Shown here: piece by piece, positions 35,380 to 49,058 of the stretch | Layout: each line of letters starts with the position of its first letter | Position numbering within the stretch: the first letter of the stretch is position 1 | Source of the DNA: Octopus sinensis | Lineage: Eukaryota | Length of the DNA stretch: 64,000 nt | Direction: 5' to 3' | Assembly: GCF_006345805.1 (NCBI RefSeq) | Contig: NC_042998.1 | Coordinates: forward strand, 148,676,001-148,740,000 | Position numbers and translations under genes: made by a program | Notes under the pieces: generated by a model | Databases searched by the model: none | Told to the model about the DNA's origin: nothing | The model's input: the letters and a program-made list of their open reading frames with translations, nothing else

Positions 35380-36036
35380 TATTATCCGACAGTTGATAGT
35401 TTCAGGCAAATTTCTACTCCATCATGCACTACATCTCCGTGTTGCTGGGGTGTGTGCAGTACTGTTTGTTTTTGTTTTTGTTAGTATTTGGGGGGTGGGT
35501 TAAGAGCCTCTTCCCAATATTGTGTCGCATCATTTTGTTATGTTATGGCATTTGGTTTGACTCATTTGTTGTATTAGTGCTGATGTTGTGCGTTGTGTGT
35601 CCGTCATGCGATTTGTGTTATCCTGTTGTGTCCGACCTGTAGAGTACATGCTGTTGTTGCTGGGTGGGGAGAAGTGGTGTCGTTTATTTTATTGGATGTT
35701 TATTGTCTGTGGGTTATTTTATTTGGGTTGTCATTGAATTGATAGTGTTTTTCGCTGTTCCTTGAAGGGCTATATTTTGGATAGTGTGAAATTTTGTAAG
35801 TAAAGGTATGGTTTCTGAATTTCTTGCTCATTCATTTTTTATCATATCCAATGCTCCAGATATAATTGGTATTTTTTTTATCTTCATTCCACGCATCTTC
35901 AATATTTTAATTTCGAGATCTTTGCTCTTCGACAGTTTCTCCACTTCTCTTTGGGCAATATTTTGTTCAGAAGAGACTGCAACTTCTATCAGAAAGCTGG
36001 TACTTTTTTTACAATCCTTGGTTATTATGTCTGGGA

Positions 36037-36045
<9 letters not shown>
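35380..36045 (-). pseudogene. R4/Dong-like RLE C-terminus plus long 3'UTR (further lineage)
   Basis: PDIITKDCKKSTSFLIEVAVSSEQNIAQREVEKLSKSKDLEI...IPIISGALDMIK; truncated at an ATT array. Confidence 0.78.
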
Positions 36046-36081
<36 letters not shown>

Positions 36082-36159
36082 TAGTATCGTTCGTCTGTTT
36101 CGTGTATCCCCATTCCCATTATATCACAGCTTCACCTACACGTCTTTTACGTCGTCGTC

Positions 36160-36318
36160 GTTGTCTTTGTGTCCATTATTATCATCATCATCATCAACGT
36201 CATCATTAACATTCTCATCGTTATCATCATCATTCTCCATACCGCTGCTACCGCCGCCACCACCACCACCACCACCACCACCACCACCACCAACACCATC
36301 ATCATCATCCTCATCATT

Positions 36319-36358
<40 letters not shown>

Positions 36359-36530
36359 CTATCATCATCATCACCATCTTTCTTCTCCTCCTACTCCTAT
36401 TCCTACTCATCATCATTGTTAATACTGCAGCCATCATCATAATAATCATCGTCACCATCATCACCATCAACACCCTTATCATCATTATTATCATCATCAT
36501 CATCATTATCCTCATCATCATCTTTTCAAT
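36160..36530. repeat. CAT/CAC trinucleotide low-complexity tract
   Basis: Direct reading. Confidence 0.9.
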
Positions 36531-37037
36531 CGACGTCGAAATTTTTTCACTGTGGTCGCCGCCATCTTTCAAAATTGTCACCAATATTACTTTAGTTAAA
36601 ATGGAGGAAGAAGTAAAAAAGAAAAATCAAAAAAAAGTTATCTCAAATATTTCGTGACGTCATCAACATAATATCTGGTATTATTTCTGCGTATTTTGGA
36701 TTATGTGTTTTTAATTATTCTTTAATTTTTTAAAAATTGTTTTGTATTGTTGTTTCGGTAAATTTTTCAAAATTTTATTTATTTAATTTTTTATTATTTG
36801 CATTTTAAATTCTTTTATATTTTGAAATTCATGTCAGTTTCTTTCTCCAGTAATCGCCATATTTATTGATTTTCCTCTGTCCTTGGAATTTTTTCCAAAT
36901 TCTATCCATGTACATCTAGGAATGTTGATATTTCTTTCTGTCAGGTTTCAGTAGCATAAAAGAATGGTCAGAGACACACTCAACGCAAACCAACAAACTA
37001 CACCTGCATTTCTAATACGTTTATCATCTCTCTCTCG

Positions 37038-37096
<59 letters not shown>

Positions 37097-37230
37097 TATA
37101 TGTGTGTGTGTATGTGTGTATGCGTGTGTGTGTTTATGTGTGTGTGTATGTGGTGTGTGTGTATATATAAATATATGCATATATACATATATTTACATAC
37201 CTACATATATATGTATATATACCTGCATAT

Positions 37231-37410
37231 ATGGGTACAGGACATAAAAAAACGTAGACAAAATGAGAAATGAGAACATAAAAAACAAAAACATAGAAAA
37301 CGAAGTTTTTCGTCAAACGAAAGAAAGAAACAAACAGAGAAACGAGACAGGCAACATAAAGAACATTCCCTTCATCAGTTTTCCCCTGTTTTATCTACTC
37401 TGCGTTTACA
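37231..37410 (-). mobile_element. Second copy of the GTCCTGTACCCATA family (see 1955-2640)
   Basis: Same terminus; CCCTTCATCAG...ATCTACTCTGCGTTT aligns with CCCTTCTTCAG...ATCTACTCCACGTTT. Confidence 0.6.
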
Positions 37411-38074
37411 CAAGATTCCCGACCACATTTCCCAGAATGACACGCATGGCTAACCATCAAAGTACGTCATAAACTTGAAACTTTTTCATTCAAAAACCAT
37501 TCTGACTATCCCATCTATTCTTATATTTAGTTTTCGTATTCTTTAACAATCACTCCCTAAATATACACCACAAACCCTGCCTCAATCTATTGGTGAACTA
37601 CTAACACGCATATGAAACAACATCATCTTGCCACACATATCTCAGCGAAATGATCCGCTTTATGTGGCCTGTGGAGGTTTCTTCTACACTATAGCATGCA
37701 TTCGACTCCATTACATCCTTCCTCACCCACTAGGGAGCAGTGCAGAAGTAAGCCGAAACGATTGTTGTGCTAAACAAAGCTTCGTCTACACTCCGTCTTA
37801 CGTATTAGTCATTTAGAATACGCTCAACGTACACCGAGGAATTCCTTACGTACATCCAGCAACTAAAGTGCACTACTCTGGATACACCTGGTAGCTGCAA
37901 GCGGTGAACGTGCTCTGCAGGACACTACAAGGGACATTCCCATAACAAGGTTTGGATACTACATCTTAAAATCTTCTACCTAAACTTTAATTTTAAATAC
38001 AACTCACACACACACGCATACACACATATTGTTTTCTTCTTATTTCTATTTCCCCATTTCCACACCTCTGTCTG

Positions 38075-38198
<124 letters not shown>

Positions 38199-38782
38199 GA
38201 TACCTATCTATACCTATCTAAAGTTATATTAATTAATAAAATAAGTTTATCATTATTACTATTATATTTCTCTGATTTTCTTTTGCTTTTTTTACTTTAT
38301 TGTATTCACTTATTCCTTTCCTTGAATCTTTACTAATCTATTGTCATTGCACTATTAAAGCAAATCATAGATCGTAACCTGCGGTGTACGTCTATCGCCT
38401 GGGGATACATAATGGGTCAGCTTGTTTTCTGTACTAGAGATGATGTCTTCAACTACCACGATCTGTTAGATTACGTCTCAGCACACTTGTATATGTGGGT
38501 GTACACCTGCATATAAATTTATATGTATTTTTATATACGTACCAATGTTGATGTAATATCTCTTATATGCCTAACAGGATAATGAAACAACTGTAAACAA
38601 ATGGAATACACATCAACTCTTTCACCTAACTTCTATTATCTGGCCTATTTATATACACTCTCCTCACCATTGTATCTCCTGGCCACGAAGGTTTATCCAG
38701 ACGTCAAAAGCGGTCATTCGTTAACCATGCACCTGATGGAATTTTGATTTTCAGATCTTTTGATTCTTTGAATTCCTATATT

Positions 38783-39175
38783 TTTTTTACTTGTTTCAGT
38801 CATTTGACTGCGGCCATGCTGCAGCACCGCCTTTAATCGAGCAACTCGACCCGGGACTTATTCTTTGTGAGCCCAGTACTTATTCTATCATTCTCTTTTG
38901 CCGAACCGCTAAGTGACGGGGACGTAAACACACCAGCAACGGTTGTCAAGCAATGCTAGGGGGACAAACACAGACACACAAACACACGCACATATATATA
39001 TATACATACATACGACGGGCTTCTTTCAGTTTCCGTCTACCAAATCCACTCACAAGGCTTTGGTCGGCCCGAGGCTATAGCAAAGAACACTTGCCCAAGG
39101 TTCCACGCAGTGGGACTGAACCCGGAACCACGTGATTGGTAAACAAGCTACTTACCACACAGCCACTCCTGCGCC
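38783..39175 (-). mobile_element. SINE family A, full length, low divergence
   Basis: Reverse complement of GGCGCAGGAGTGGCTGTGTGG...GCAGTCAAATGACTGAAACAAG. Confidence 0.95.
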
Positions 39176-39195
39176 TATATATATATATATATATA

Positions 39196-39400
39196 TCTAT
39201 TATATAAAATGCGTTCTGTCTGTCTGTGTATGTGTCTTCTAGGATCTCGGGCATCCTCCATCCGATTGCGCTCAAATTTGATTTGTAGATACCGATGGTA
39301 TCAGGGCGTGTATAGTCTTGAAAAAATTACAAAAATCGATTCCAGGTGAGAATGCGATCGATAAAGTCGTGAGAACGTGCATTTGTAAAATCGTTTTTCT
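39196..39400 (+). mobile_element. Possible non-autonomous Helitron/Helentron-like 5' end
   Basis: TCTATTATATAAAA...GTCTGTCTGT...CCGATTGCGCTCAAATTTG resembles recalled Helitron-N 5' ends; no 3' end found nearby. Confidence 0.4.
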
Positions 39401-39609
39401 TGGAATAGAAAAAAAGTCTATCTTTATTTCTTCTTTTGCTGGTGTCTCAAACTTAGGTTAAATCAGTGTTTCTCAAAGGGGAGGCCAATGGGACGGTCGG
39501 ACAAGTTGTTTTGAGAAAATTTGGTTTAAATGTTTGACAACTTAGCACCCTCCTTGGACGGGGGGTGTTTTGCTTGTGTATATATATATATATATATATA
39601 TATGAGCAA

Positions 39610-39855
39610 GGCACTTTATTTCACGTTGTTCCAGTTCACTCAGCTGTAGAAATGAGTTGCAACGTCACTGGTGCCAAGCTGTATCGACCTTTGTCTTTCC
39701 CTTGGATAACACTAATGGCGTGGAGATGGGAGGCTGGTATGCATGGGCGACTGCTGGTCTTCCATAAACAACCTTGCCCGGACTTGTGTCTAGGAGGGTA
39801 ACTTTCTTGGTGCAATCCCATGGTCATTCATGACCGAAGGGGGTCTTTACCTTTT
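39610..39855 (+). mobile_element. Third SINE-like family, headless fragment
   Basis: CCAGTTCACTCAGCTG...AAATGAGT central-domain-like motif and a CATGACCGAAGGGGGTCTTTACC tail followed by (TA)n. Confidence 0.5.
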
Positions 39856-40057
39856 TATATATATATGCATACATATATTACTATATATATATATATATAT
39901 ATATGCACATAATACATTCATATATATATATATATATATATATACGTACTACATATATACATATATACATGTATATATATATCGACTAAAAGGTGGTGCT
40001 CCAGCACGGCCGCAGTCAAAATGACTGAAACAAGTACAAGAATATATGTGTGTATAT

Positions 40058-40900
40058 AATGGGTTGGCAACTAAGTTCCCGCTGTTTTTTTAAATTTTGG
40101 AATTTATTGCGGTTTTAAATTTTTGAATCATTTTGGAATCTTTTTTTTTCTCTTGTTAATTTTAGTTAATTATTCTTTATAGGTTCCGCATGCTTAGTTA
40201 CAATAACAAAAATCAACGAGTCACAATCTCTGCTGGTTTGCTTGGTCGTCACCGCTCAACTCATGGACTGAAGCAACGATTTCTTTACCGAATCGTCACT
40301 GGCGACGAAAAATGGTGCCGGTACATCAATATGAAGCAGTGTAAGGAATGGCTTAGCACCGGTAAACAAGCGACACCGCGCGTGAAACAAGATCTTCATC
40401 CGTGTAAAACGATGATGTGCGTATGGTGGGACTAGGAAGGTACTATCCATTACGAATTACTTGAAGAGAATCAAACGGTCAACGCGGAACTCTACGTTCA
40501 AAAGATGGAACGACTTCTCGCGGCTATTCAAGAAAAATGGCCTAATCGGCAGCATGCAGTTCTTCTGCTACACGACAACGTCCGTCCTCATATCGTCGTA
40601 TATGACAACGGAAGCCATTCAAACGCATGGCTGGGAAGTGCTGCCACACCTGCCGTACTCTCCTGATTTGGCACCAACGGATTTCCACCTCTTTCGATTT
40701 CTTTCATATGCTATGCGCGGAGTTTCGTTCAATACTGATGCAGAATTGAAAATTTGGTTGGATCAATTTGTTGAGTGGAAATCGGGTGATTTCTACCAAC
40801 GAGGTATTGAAAATCTTGTTGAACGTAGGGAAGAAGTTGTAGACAACAAGGGTGAATACATTATTGATTAATTAGTTGTGATTTATTATTAAGCTTTTAA
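40058..40900 (+). mobile_element. mariner (D,D34D) transposon relic, N-terminus deleted
   Basis: Left TIR-like GGGTTGGCAACTAAG; IVTGDEKW, CVWWD, HDNVRPH, HLPYSPDLAPTDFHLF; stop and frameshifts. Confidence 0.93.
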
Positions 40901-41203
40901 AAAATTTAAATTTAAAAAAAACCACTCAAATATTTACATTGATTCTGCTTACCAAAGATATAGCAACAGAATCAATGTGAAAATTTGAGCTCCGTTGGTG
41001 ATATGAATATGTTAAAGCAGTTGGTTTGTTTTTTGTGCTTGAAGTCTATTCAGTCTTCTGGCTAAAACGGTTTCTTTGCAATGATGTAATATTTTCATTA
41101 ATCAGTCAAAGGAGTTGCTTGAAACGGCCGTAATGAATTGACACCTGTACATCTTTTTTACTCATATATATTCTATCCACCTACTCTGGAATCTGCACTT
41201 CGG

Positions 41204-41251
<48 letters not shown>

Positions 41252-41573
41252 GGGAAGCGTTACACTGGGGCCTTATAACAATATAGTATAAATAGAGATA
41301 GGAGCTATTTATATCATTGATGCAAACACAATTGAAGGTGACAGACTGAGTCAAACTATTAAAAAAGAATGAATATAATCAGAGATTACTGTCACACCAT
41401 CGAAGAACTTAGTATCTTCAGCTATCTTCCAAGAGTGTAATGTGATACATTCTAATCTAAAATTATTATCAAATAAACAGGTTAAATTAATCAAGTCCCA
41501 CCACGCATAGACATGTCTACCTACCAATGCTTCAGTGGAAATGTAAACGTGTGAAATAGGACAGCGGTTGATG

Positions 41574-41631
<58 letters not shown>

Positions 41632-41639
41632 ACAACACG

Positions 41640-41744
<105 letters not shown>

Positions 41745-42295
41745 TAGATAGAGAAGATAGATAAATATGGAAAATTATATATATTTATTATGTATGTATG
41801 TCTATGAGAGGAAAATTTTGATTCTGGTTTTTCCTCACAACATTGGTTGTTTTACATTTAATCTCGCCCGAGTATTTTTAAGTCTTCCATCACGAAGTAG
41901 TCTACAATTTCAGGATGGGTTCAGAATGCATCACACTGCTAAGCTGTAGCATTCTCAGATATGGTCATTCTCCATAAATTGGTCTGTGAATGCTGTAATC
42001 ATGACAATGGAATTCATTAGTCAGAATTCATCCTTTTGTTACTGGTTCCATGGAATGGCATTCAGGTGTTGCTGTACCAATCTATGCAACTCCTCGATAG
42101 ATAAACTTTTTCCCACGAAACTTTAACAACCTCAAATCTTGAACGCTCAACAATGCTACTGATGTTTGTTGGTAATAATTAAATAATTTTTTTTATAAAA
42201 TCATTGTATGTCTCTGGCTATAGTTTTTTCCAACTCAGCTTATGCAGTTCTCTGCTCCTTCATTCCAGATGCGCATGACATCTTAATGGCCTTAA

Positions 42296-42505
42296 GGTGG
42301 CAAGCTGGCAGAATCGTTAGCACGACGGGCAAAATGCTTAGCGGCACTTCGCCCGTAATTACATTCAGAATTCAAATGCCACCAACGTCGATTTTACCTT
42401 TACCTTTCGGGGGTCAATAAAATAAGTACTAGTTGAGCACAGGGGATGTAATCGAGTTGCCCCCACCCCTCAGAAATTTAAGGCCTTGTGCCCTATAACA
42501 GAAAA
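42296..42505 (+). mobile_element. SINE family B
   Basis: GGTGGCAAGCTGGCAGAATCGTTAGCACG...CCTTTCGGGGTCAATAAAATAAGTAC. Confidence 0.85.
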
Positions 42506-43071
42506 TATATTAACGACTTTCATGATATTTGGTTTTATAAGTTCATGTCAGATTATTTACCTTAGTAATCTGTTTCTCTAACGAGTAGTTTGAAAGTACA
42601 TCTGAAGCGCTCTTCGGTATTAGAAATACCATTTTCATCCCTCATGATTTTGAATGCATAATTAGTATTTGATGGCAGATAAAACTACTTGTAGAGAAAT
42701 ACAATTCTGAATGATGCCGAGATTCTAGGGAAGGAGGCCTCAAATATTTATCAATTCCACTAATACTTTAAGTTCACTGTCAAATTATTGGCAATATTTT
42801 TTCCCTGTTTCAAAAAGAAAAGTATTCCATAATATACTGAGTGAACATTTTTGTACTCGCTTTCTTGTTTCCTTTCAAATCCCAGACATATATCAGATTA
42901 ACTAAAAAGTAAGCAACGTTTTTAACCATGAAGAATTTGTACCGGATTTTTGCATAGTTTTGAATTTTTAAAAAATATTTTCCAATTGTTTGATAATACA
43001 GACAGACTTGCCCAAATGCATCAATAAATTAACATTGATATTTTTTTTCACTGTTGTTACAATCACCTGAA

Positions 43072-44107
43072 ATGAAACTATCAAAGCGCGATATTCGAGC
43101 AATTTTACTATTCAACTTCAAAAAAGGACGTAAAGCAGCTGAAACTACTCACGATATCAACGAAACGTTTGGTGAGGAAATAACCAGTGAGTGGTCAGCT
43201 CGAAAATAGTTTAAACGAATTCGCAGTGGAGACCTGAGCCTTGAAGATCGTGAGCGTAGCAGACGCCCATCTGTCATCGGAGAACTGGCGAATGAACTTC
43301 AAGTTAGCCAAAAAACTGCCTGCAACCATTTGCATGCGATCGGAAAATCAAAAAAGTTCGACAAATGAATTTGAATGAAAATTAGGAAATGCGCAGATAT
43401 GAAATTTGCTCGTCGCTTCTTTTACGTAACCAGACCGATTCATTTCTCGACCGTATTGTAACTTGCGATGAAAAGTGGATTCTGTACAATAATAAAAAAA
43501 AAAAACGTTTTTCGCAATGGTTAGACCAAAATGAAGCACGAAAAACCTTCCCTAAACCCGAGATCAAAATGAACGTTATGATGACTGTTTGGTGATGTAC
43601 TGCTGGACTCGTCCACTATAACTTCTTAAAACCTAAATAAACCATTACTGCAGAAACATATTGCCATGAAATTGCCAAAATGAACAAAAAACTGTTACTC
43701 CTCCGTCCCAGACTGGTCAAAAGAAGAGGGCCAACCATTCTTCATGGCAATGCTCGGTCACACATTTCACTAATGACACTCTAGAAGTTGAGGGAACTTG
43801 GCTACGAAGTTCTTCCCCTCTCAGCATTTTCCCCAGACCTTTCTCCTACCGGCTACCACTTTTTCAAGCTACTTGATGATTTCCTGCGAAAGACGGACTT
43901 CAAAAGTCAAACCGATGCTGAAAGTGCGTTCAAAGAGTTCATCGGCTTCAGAGATCCAGATTTTAATGTTACCGGAATAAACAAACTCGTTGGTAAAAAT
44001 GTTGATTATAATGGTACTTACTTTGATAAATGAATTTCCGCATCGTTGAAATATATTGTGATGAATTTCATGCTTCAAAACGTTGCTTAATTTTACTCAA
44101 CCCGATA
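43072..44107 (+). mobile_element. mariner transposon relic (Hsmar1/cecropia-like), near-complete transposase pseudogene
   Basis: MKLSKRDIRAILLFNFKKGRKAAET (HTH), IVTCDEKWILYNN, MMTVW, HGNARSH, AFSPDLSPTGYHFF; right end TTTTACTCAACCCGATA. Confidence 0.93.
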
Positions 44108-44329
44108 TTTTATGAATTTCCGCCCGTTGGTTGGGGTTATTCGTAAATGATAAACCAGTTTTGGCTTCAGCTTGAAATCTCTGAAGCATTATTGCTAAGA
44201 ATTAGTGTTAAACGATTTTTTGATCCTTGAAACCGCGAACGTTTTGCTTTCTTCTTGAGAGACCTGATAGCTTTCTTTTCTAGAAAATTATTTTCTAGAA
44301 AATTAGCCTTCATCAAACGTTTGGGGCAT

Positions 44330-44487
44330 TCAATGCCTGTTGGTAATCAACGCTAACGGTGGTTACACGAGATATTGTGTTCATCCCTTTGGATCCAGGA
44401 CACTCTATCATCACGTCATATCATCAATGCTATGGCAGTCTGTTAATAAAGCGGTTTCTATTAAGTGTGTGACGTTTCTTTTGTGGT

Positions 44488-44494
<7 letters not shown>
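44330..44494 (+). mobile_element. Tc1-like right-end fragment
   Basis: VINANGGYTRY resembles a Tc1 transposase C-terminus; ends GTTTCTTTTGTGGTTCAGTTTA next to (TA)n. Confidence 0.45.
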
Positions 44495-44571
<77 letters not shown>

Positions 44572-44688
44572 CATGTATGTATGTATGTACGTATGTATGT
44601 ATGTATGTATGTATGTATGTATGCATGTATATAAGAAAGTCGGCTGGGTTGAGGGGGTTATTAAAACAGGGAATGGTGAAAGGAGAGA

Positions 44689-44728
<40 letters not shown>

Positions 44729-45049
44729 CACAGAGAAGATCAAGAGATTCTCGGTATAGAAGACAGTAGTTCTCAAAAGATTCAAACTTAGAATGCGATG
44801 TCTTTACAGGGAATCGATTTCGCGAGGTAAAGAGTGGCTGTTAGAGGGATCAAGTTGAGCGGATATAGAGACAGTTATGCAGATAAACAAGTTACACTAA
44901 ATGTAATAGTTTGGATATGAAATAAAAAATATATATATGTATGCAAGCAGATATGAATATTTAAGTATAAATATATAGATATGTTTATCAATAGGTCCAG
45001 CGTACCCAGAGTACAAACGACAGAGAAAATTAAATGGGTGGAAGAAAGG

Positions 45050-45185
45050 TGTTGTAAGTCCAACAGCTGTTTCTGGGGCTCGGAGATCCATAATAATATT
45101 GGTATATGTGGTTCATCACAATATGAGGCCATAATGGGTACGATCAACATTGGACAAGATGAGCCTCCGTCGTCAGGGTAGAGAA
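45050..45185 (-). ncRNA. Decayed type I hammerhead-like motif with long stem II
   Basis: Minus strand CTGACGA (45176-45170), GGAGGCTC...GAGCCCC, GAAA (45073-45070), palindrome ACAGCTGT, then U-GG; stem I only 2 bp. Confidence 0.45.
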
Positions 45186-46179
45186 GGTCTTACTTTTCAG
45201 ATCATAATGCAAAGTTCAAAGATGGAATGAGAAGAGAAGATAGTTCAGGAGTAGTTATACCAAATAGCTAAACTCTTTATTTTCAGTGACGGAGCTATCA
45301 ACTTCTATCATCTTTACCACGGATTTTCTACGAAACTTCAACACTGAATCTGCTAACTGACAGTTTCTTTTAATATGGATCTCCTTAATCTTTTCATCAC
45401 AGATCTACCAACTAATACTATGAACTGGTTACTAATAATATCCTGGATTAAGAATATCCCAAATTTCTCTCTCCCCGATGCCAGAATACCCAACCGACAA
45501 ATCTGCACTCATTGATATAAGCTCCACATGCTTAGCTCTTTTAGAAACAGGTGTAAGAAACTTCACAGTAAATTAATGTAAATACTCAGCACTCTGTTTA
45601 TAATATAAATTTGATGCTCTAAAGTGATACCATATGTTTTGCTTCCTCATTCTCTGGTTCTATCATAAACATACACATACAAACACACACACACATACAT
45701 ACATACATACATACATACATACACACACACATCCTTTCAACTATAGGCACAAGGCCTGAAAATTGTGGTGGTGGGGCTAGTCGATAACATTGATCCCCAG
45801 TTCATCGACCTATATACACATATCTATGTATACATATACATACATATACGAACATGTATGTCTGTGCGCGTGTGTGCGTGTGTATGTGTGTGTGCGAGTG
45901 TGTGTAAATATAGTGCAATATACAACAGTGTAGCATCACTTCATCGTATTTATACACTCGACAAGAGCGAAGCACGTTCCTATCCATTGTGTACTTGAAA
46001 GGGTATCCCTTCGAAATATACTGAGTAGTTGCTGCTGCACTCTGTGACGATGACCCCTACAGCTGTCGCCAGGACCGAGTACTCAATGTAGCTGTGGGAG
46101 TGATAACGACTTCCACTGAATCCGACAATGCTATCCGAGGAAAGTGACCAGCACTTTTTTCAAAGCTGTAGAGAAACGC

Positions 46180-46570
46180 TATACATTGAAATATCAACAA
46201 CTGTGCCTACTTTCTACAGCCCCAAATTAGCAGCAGAGACTGGATCTCCTCGAATGGTTAATGTTCCCATAGTATGACACACAACCAGGCATTGTTATAT
46301 TCTCCGATTCCAGTAAACAGGTAACCGTGTGAGAACTGACTGTGCCTTGGGAAGAACACATGGAAGAGACTCACGGGAGAAGGTTTACCAAACGTCAGAA
46401 GCTGGTAGGTCAGCAGAGAATACAAAAATGAAGGCACACCGCAAGCAATTTCAAGAAGATTCTCTGATTGGCTTGTTGTTACTGGTGCAGCTAGACGGGC
46501 ATACGTTCCATCACTGAAATTACAGAGAAGGCCATCAAAAGGACCTGGGTAAAGAGACCAAACCATTGGT
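46180..46570 (+). pseudogene. Hero/NeSL-like RLE retrotransposon 3' fragment
   Basis: PGIVIFSDSSKQVTV*ELTVPWEEHMEETHGRRFTKRQKLV matches the RPD...ELTVPWEE...K RLE pattern; ITEKAIKRTWVKR C-terminus. Confidence 0.7.
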
Positions 46571-46765
46571 TTGCTGCTTCTCAGATGAAAGTTAGATGTG
46601 TGGGGTGGGATATGATGTGGAAAGATTCGAAATTTCCTTGGATGCTAGAAACATTACTGACGATGCAAAACAGGGCATCTGTGAGTTGTTACTTGGAATG
46701 TTGGAATAATTCAAACTACTATGTGTGTGTGCTGTGTGAGCATGAGTACTGTGTGCGTGTGTAGG

Positions 46766-46850
<85 letters not shown>

Positions 46851-47520
46851 GAAATCGATACATAGACATAAACTAACGTGTGCATAATTGCATAAGTCTG
46901 AAGTTATGTATATGCATGCGTATGCATACACAGACACATATACATGCACACACACACATATATTTATACGTGCGCATGTATATATATGTGTGTATGTTTG
47001 TGTATATATATATATATATATATACATACATACATACGTACATACATACGTACATACATGTATATCGGCGTATAGCGTAGCTACTCTATTAGATTTTTTT
47101 CATAGTAGTCATGGGAGTTATAGCTTACATTTTTTTTTCTGAGAGGCACCTTTTTTGATAGAAATGAAATGGTTTCCAGAGAAGATCAAAAGCGGTACGA
47201 AATCTCATTTGAACGAGAATTTATCACCACGTACAATCAAAGTAAAATCATACACACAAACTCACACACAGGCACACAAAAACATGGACACACAGGAAAT
47301 AACATACGCAGATATAGCTATTCACAATTTAAAATTTCATATATCATTAAGTTCAGCTATACATACATACACATACGTATATGTGCATATAGATTTATAT
47401 ATTTATATAAACATACTTCTATACCTATATACGTATATATGTATATAGATATTTGTGTATATATATTGTATGAGTTTATATGCATCTATATGTATGTATA
47501 TATATATATCTATATATATA

Positions 47521-47561
<41 letters not shown>

Positions 47562-47593
47562 GTATTTCCAAATACATGTTCTTATGAGTATGA

Positions 47594-47633
<40 letters not shown>

Positions 47634-48973
47634 TATATATACATTTATACGCACAGACACATACTTGCACATATGTATACATCAAAATTACAAATAAATA
47701 TATGCATGCGTACTATATATTATATATATATATATATACACACACACACGCAAACACACTCACACATACAAACATACATGCATACATACATGATACATGC
47801 ATACATGTATACATACATACATACATACATGCATACATACATACATACATACATACATACTTACATACATACATACATACATACATACGAAAGAACATTA
47901 TAGACAGCATATAATGAAGAACAGAACTGTTGGTGAGAGATAAATAGAGATTAGGAGCGGAGAGAGAGAGTTTCCTGAAGCTGTTGGCTTTAATTCTTGA
48001 ACAAAAGCCAAGCTTTGTTCCTCACCACCTACAGAAAAAGTCTACAGAAACATAACAAATTTCTCGTAAACGTGTTCTAATTATCATTCTGAAATTTTCT
48101 TCTTCCGTTCTAAGTGAAAAATGTCAAAATATTGTATATCGGTTGGCTTCCGGTTTGCAGGCAGCCATTGTGATGATTTTTAAGTCTATTTTACGCACAG
48201 ACAGTGTCACATCCGCTTTCTGGATCACTGATTCGCTATGGTGGAGAAAAGCCTTGACATATTCACCTCTGGACATGTATGTCATCGTATATGTGTAGAC
48301 ACGTATGCATATGTATTTGTAGTACACTCATGCTCATATACACTTTTACACACACAGCACACAGATATACAAGAATATATACATGTATATATGTATATAT
48401 GTGTGTGTATACATACATACACACGCATACTATATATATATGTGTGTGTGTATATATATATATACACATGCATAGGCGCCATCAATCTCATACAAACACA
48501 CAAACATATATTATTTTCAACGGATGAGTATACATTATATATATTTTTTCAATAAGAATTATGTAATTAAAAGTAGTTTTCCACAGCTGGAATGGAATTG
48601 AAACCATAACGCCAGTTTCTCGTTGTGCTATTATTATTTCCCCACTCTTAATCTATTCATGACTTTAGCACTATTAATCTATAGTAGCAGAAAGACTGCC
48701 CGCCGGGCGGTTTTTTGCTGGTCCCTTGATAATATTTTCACATTTGATTCTCAATTCTAATAATTTTTATATATTACGTCTACTTAATTCTTTGTATAAA
48801 AGTGCTCACTTTCTTAGGTAAATATTACTTTCATTATTTTAACACAGTTACAATCTCTCTTTTTTTAAACAAACATAACCGTAGTCCAACAACAAAGAGG
48901 AAGCAGTTTGTCAAGTTTACCTTCCCCTCAAAGCAACATAGAGATTTCAGTTCAGCAGTCCATCTGTAAGCTT

Positions 48974-49058
<85 letters not shown>

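Noticed and set aside
48690-48717. Bacterial-style intrinsic terminator (GC hairpin plus T6)
   Set aside because: Eukaryotic repeat context with no prokaryotic gene; kept only as a possible Helitron end.
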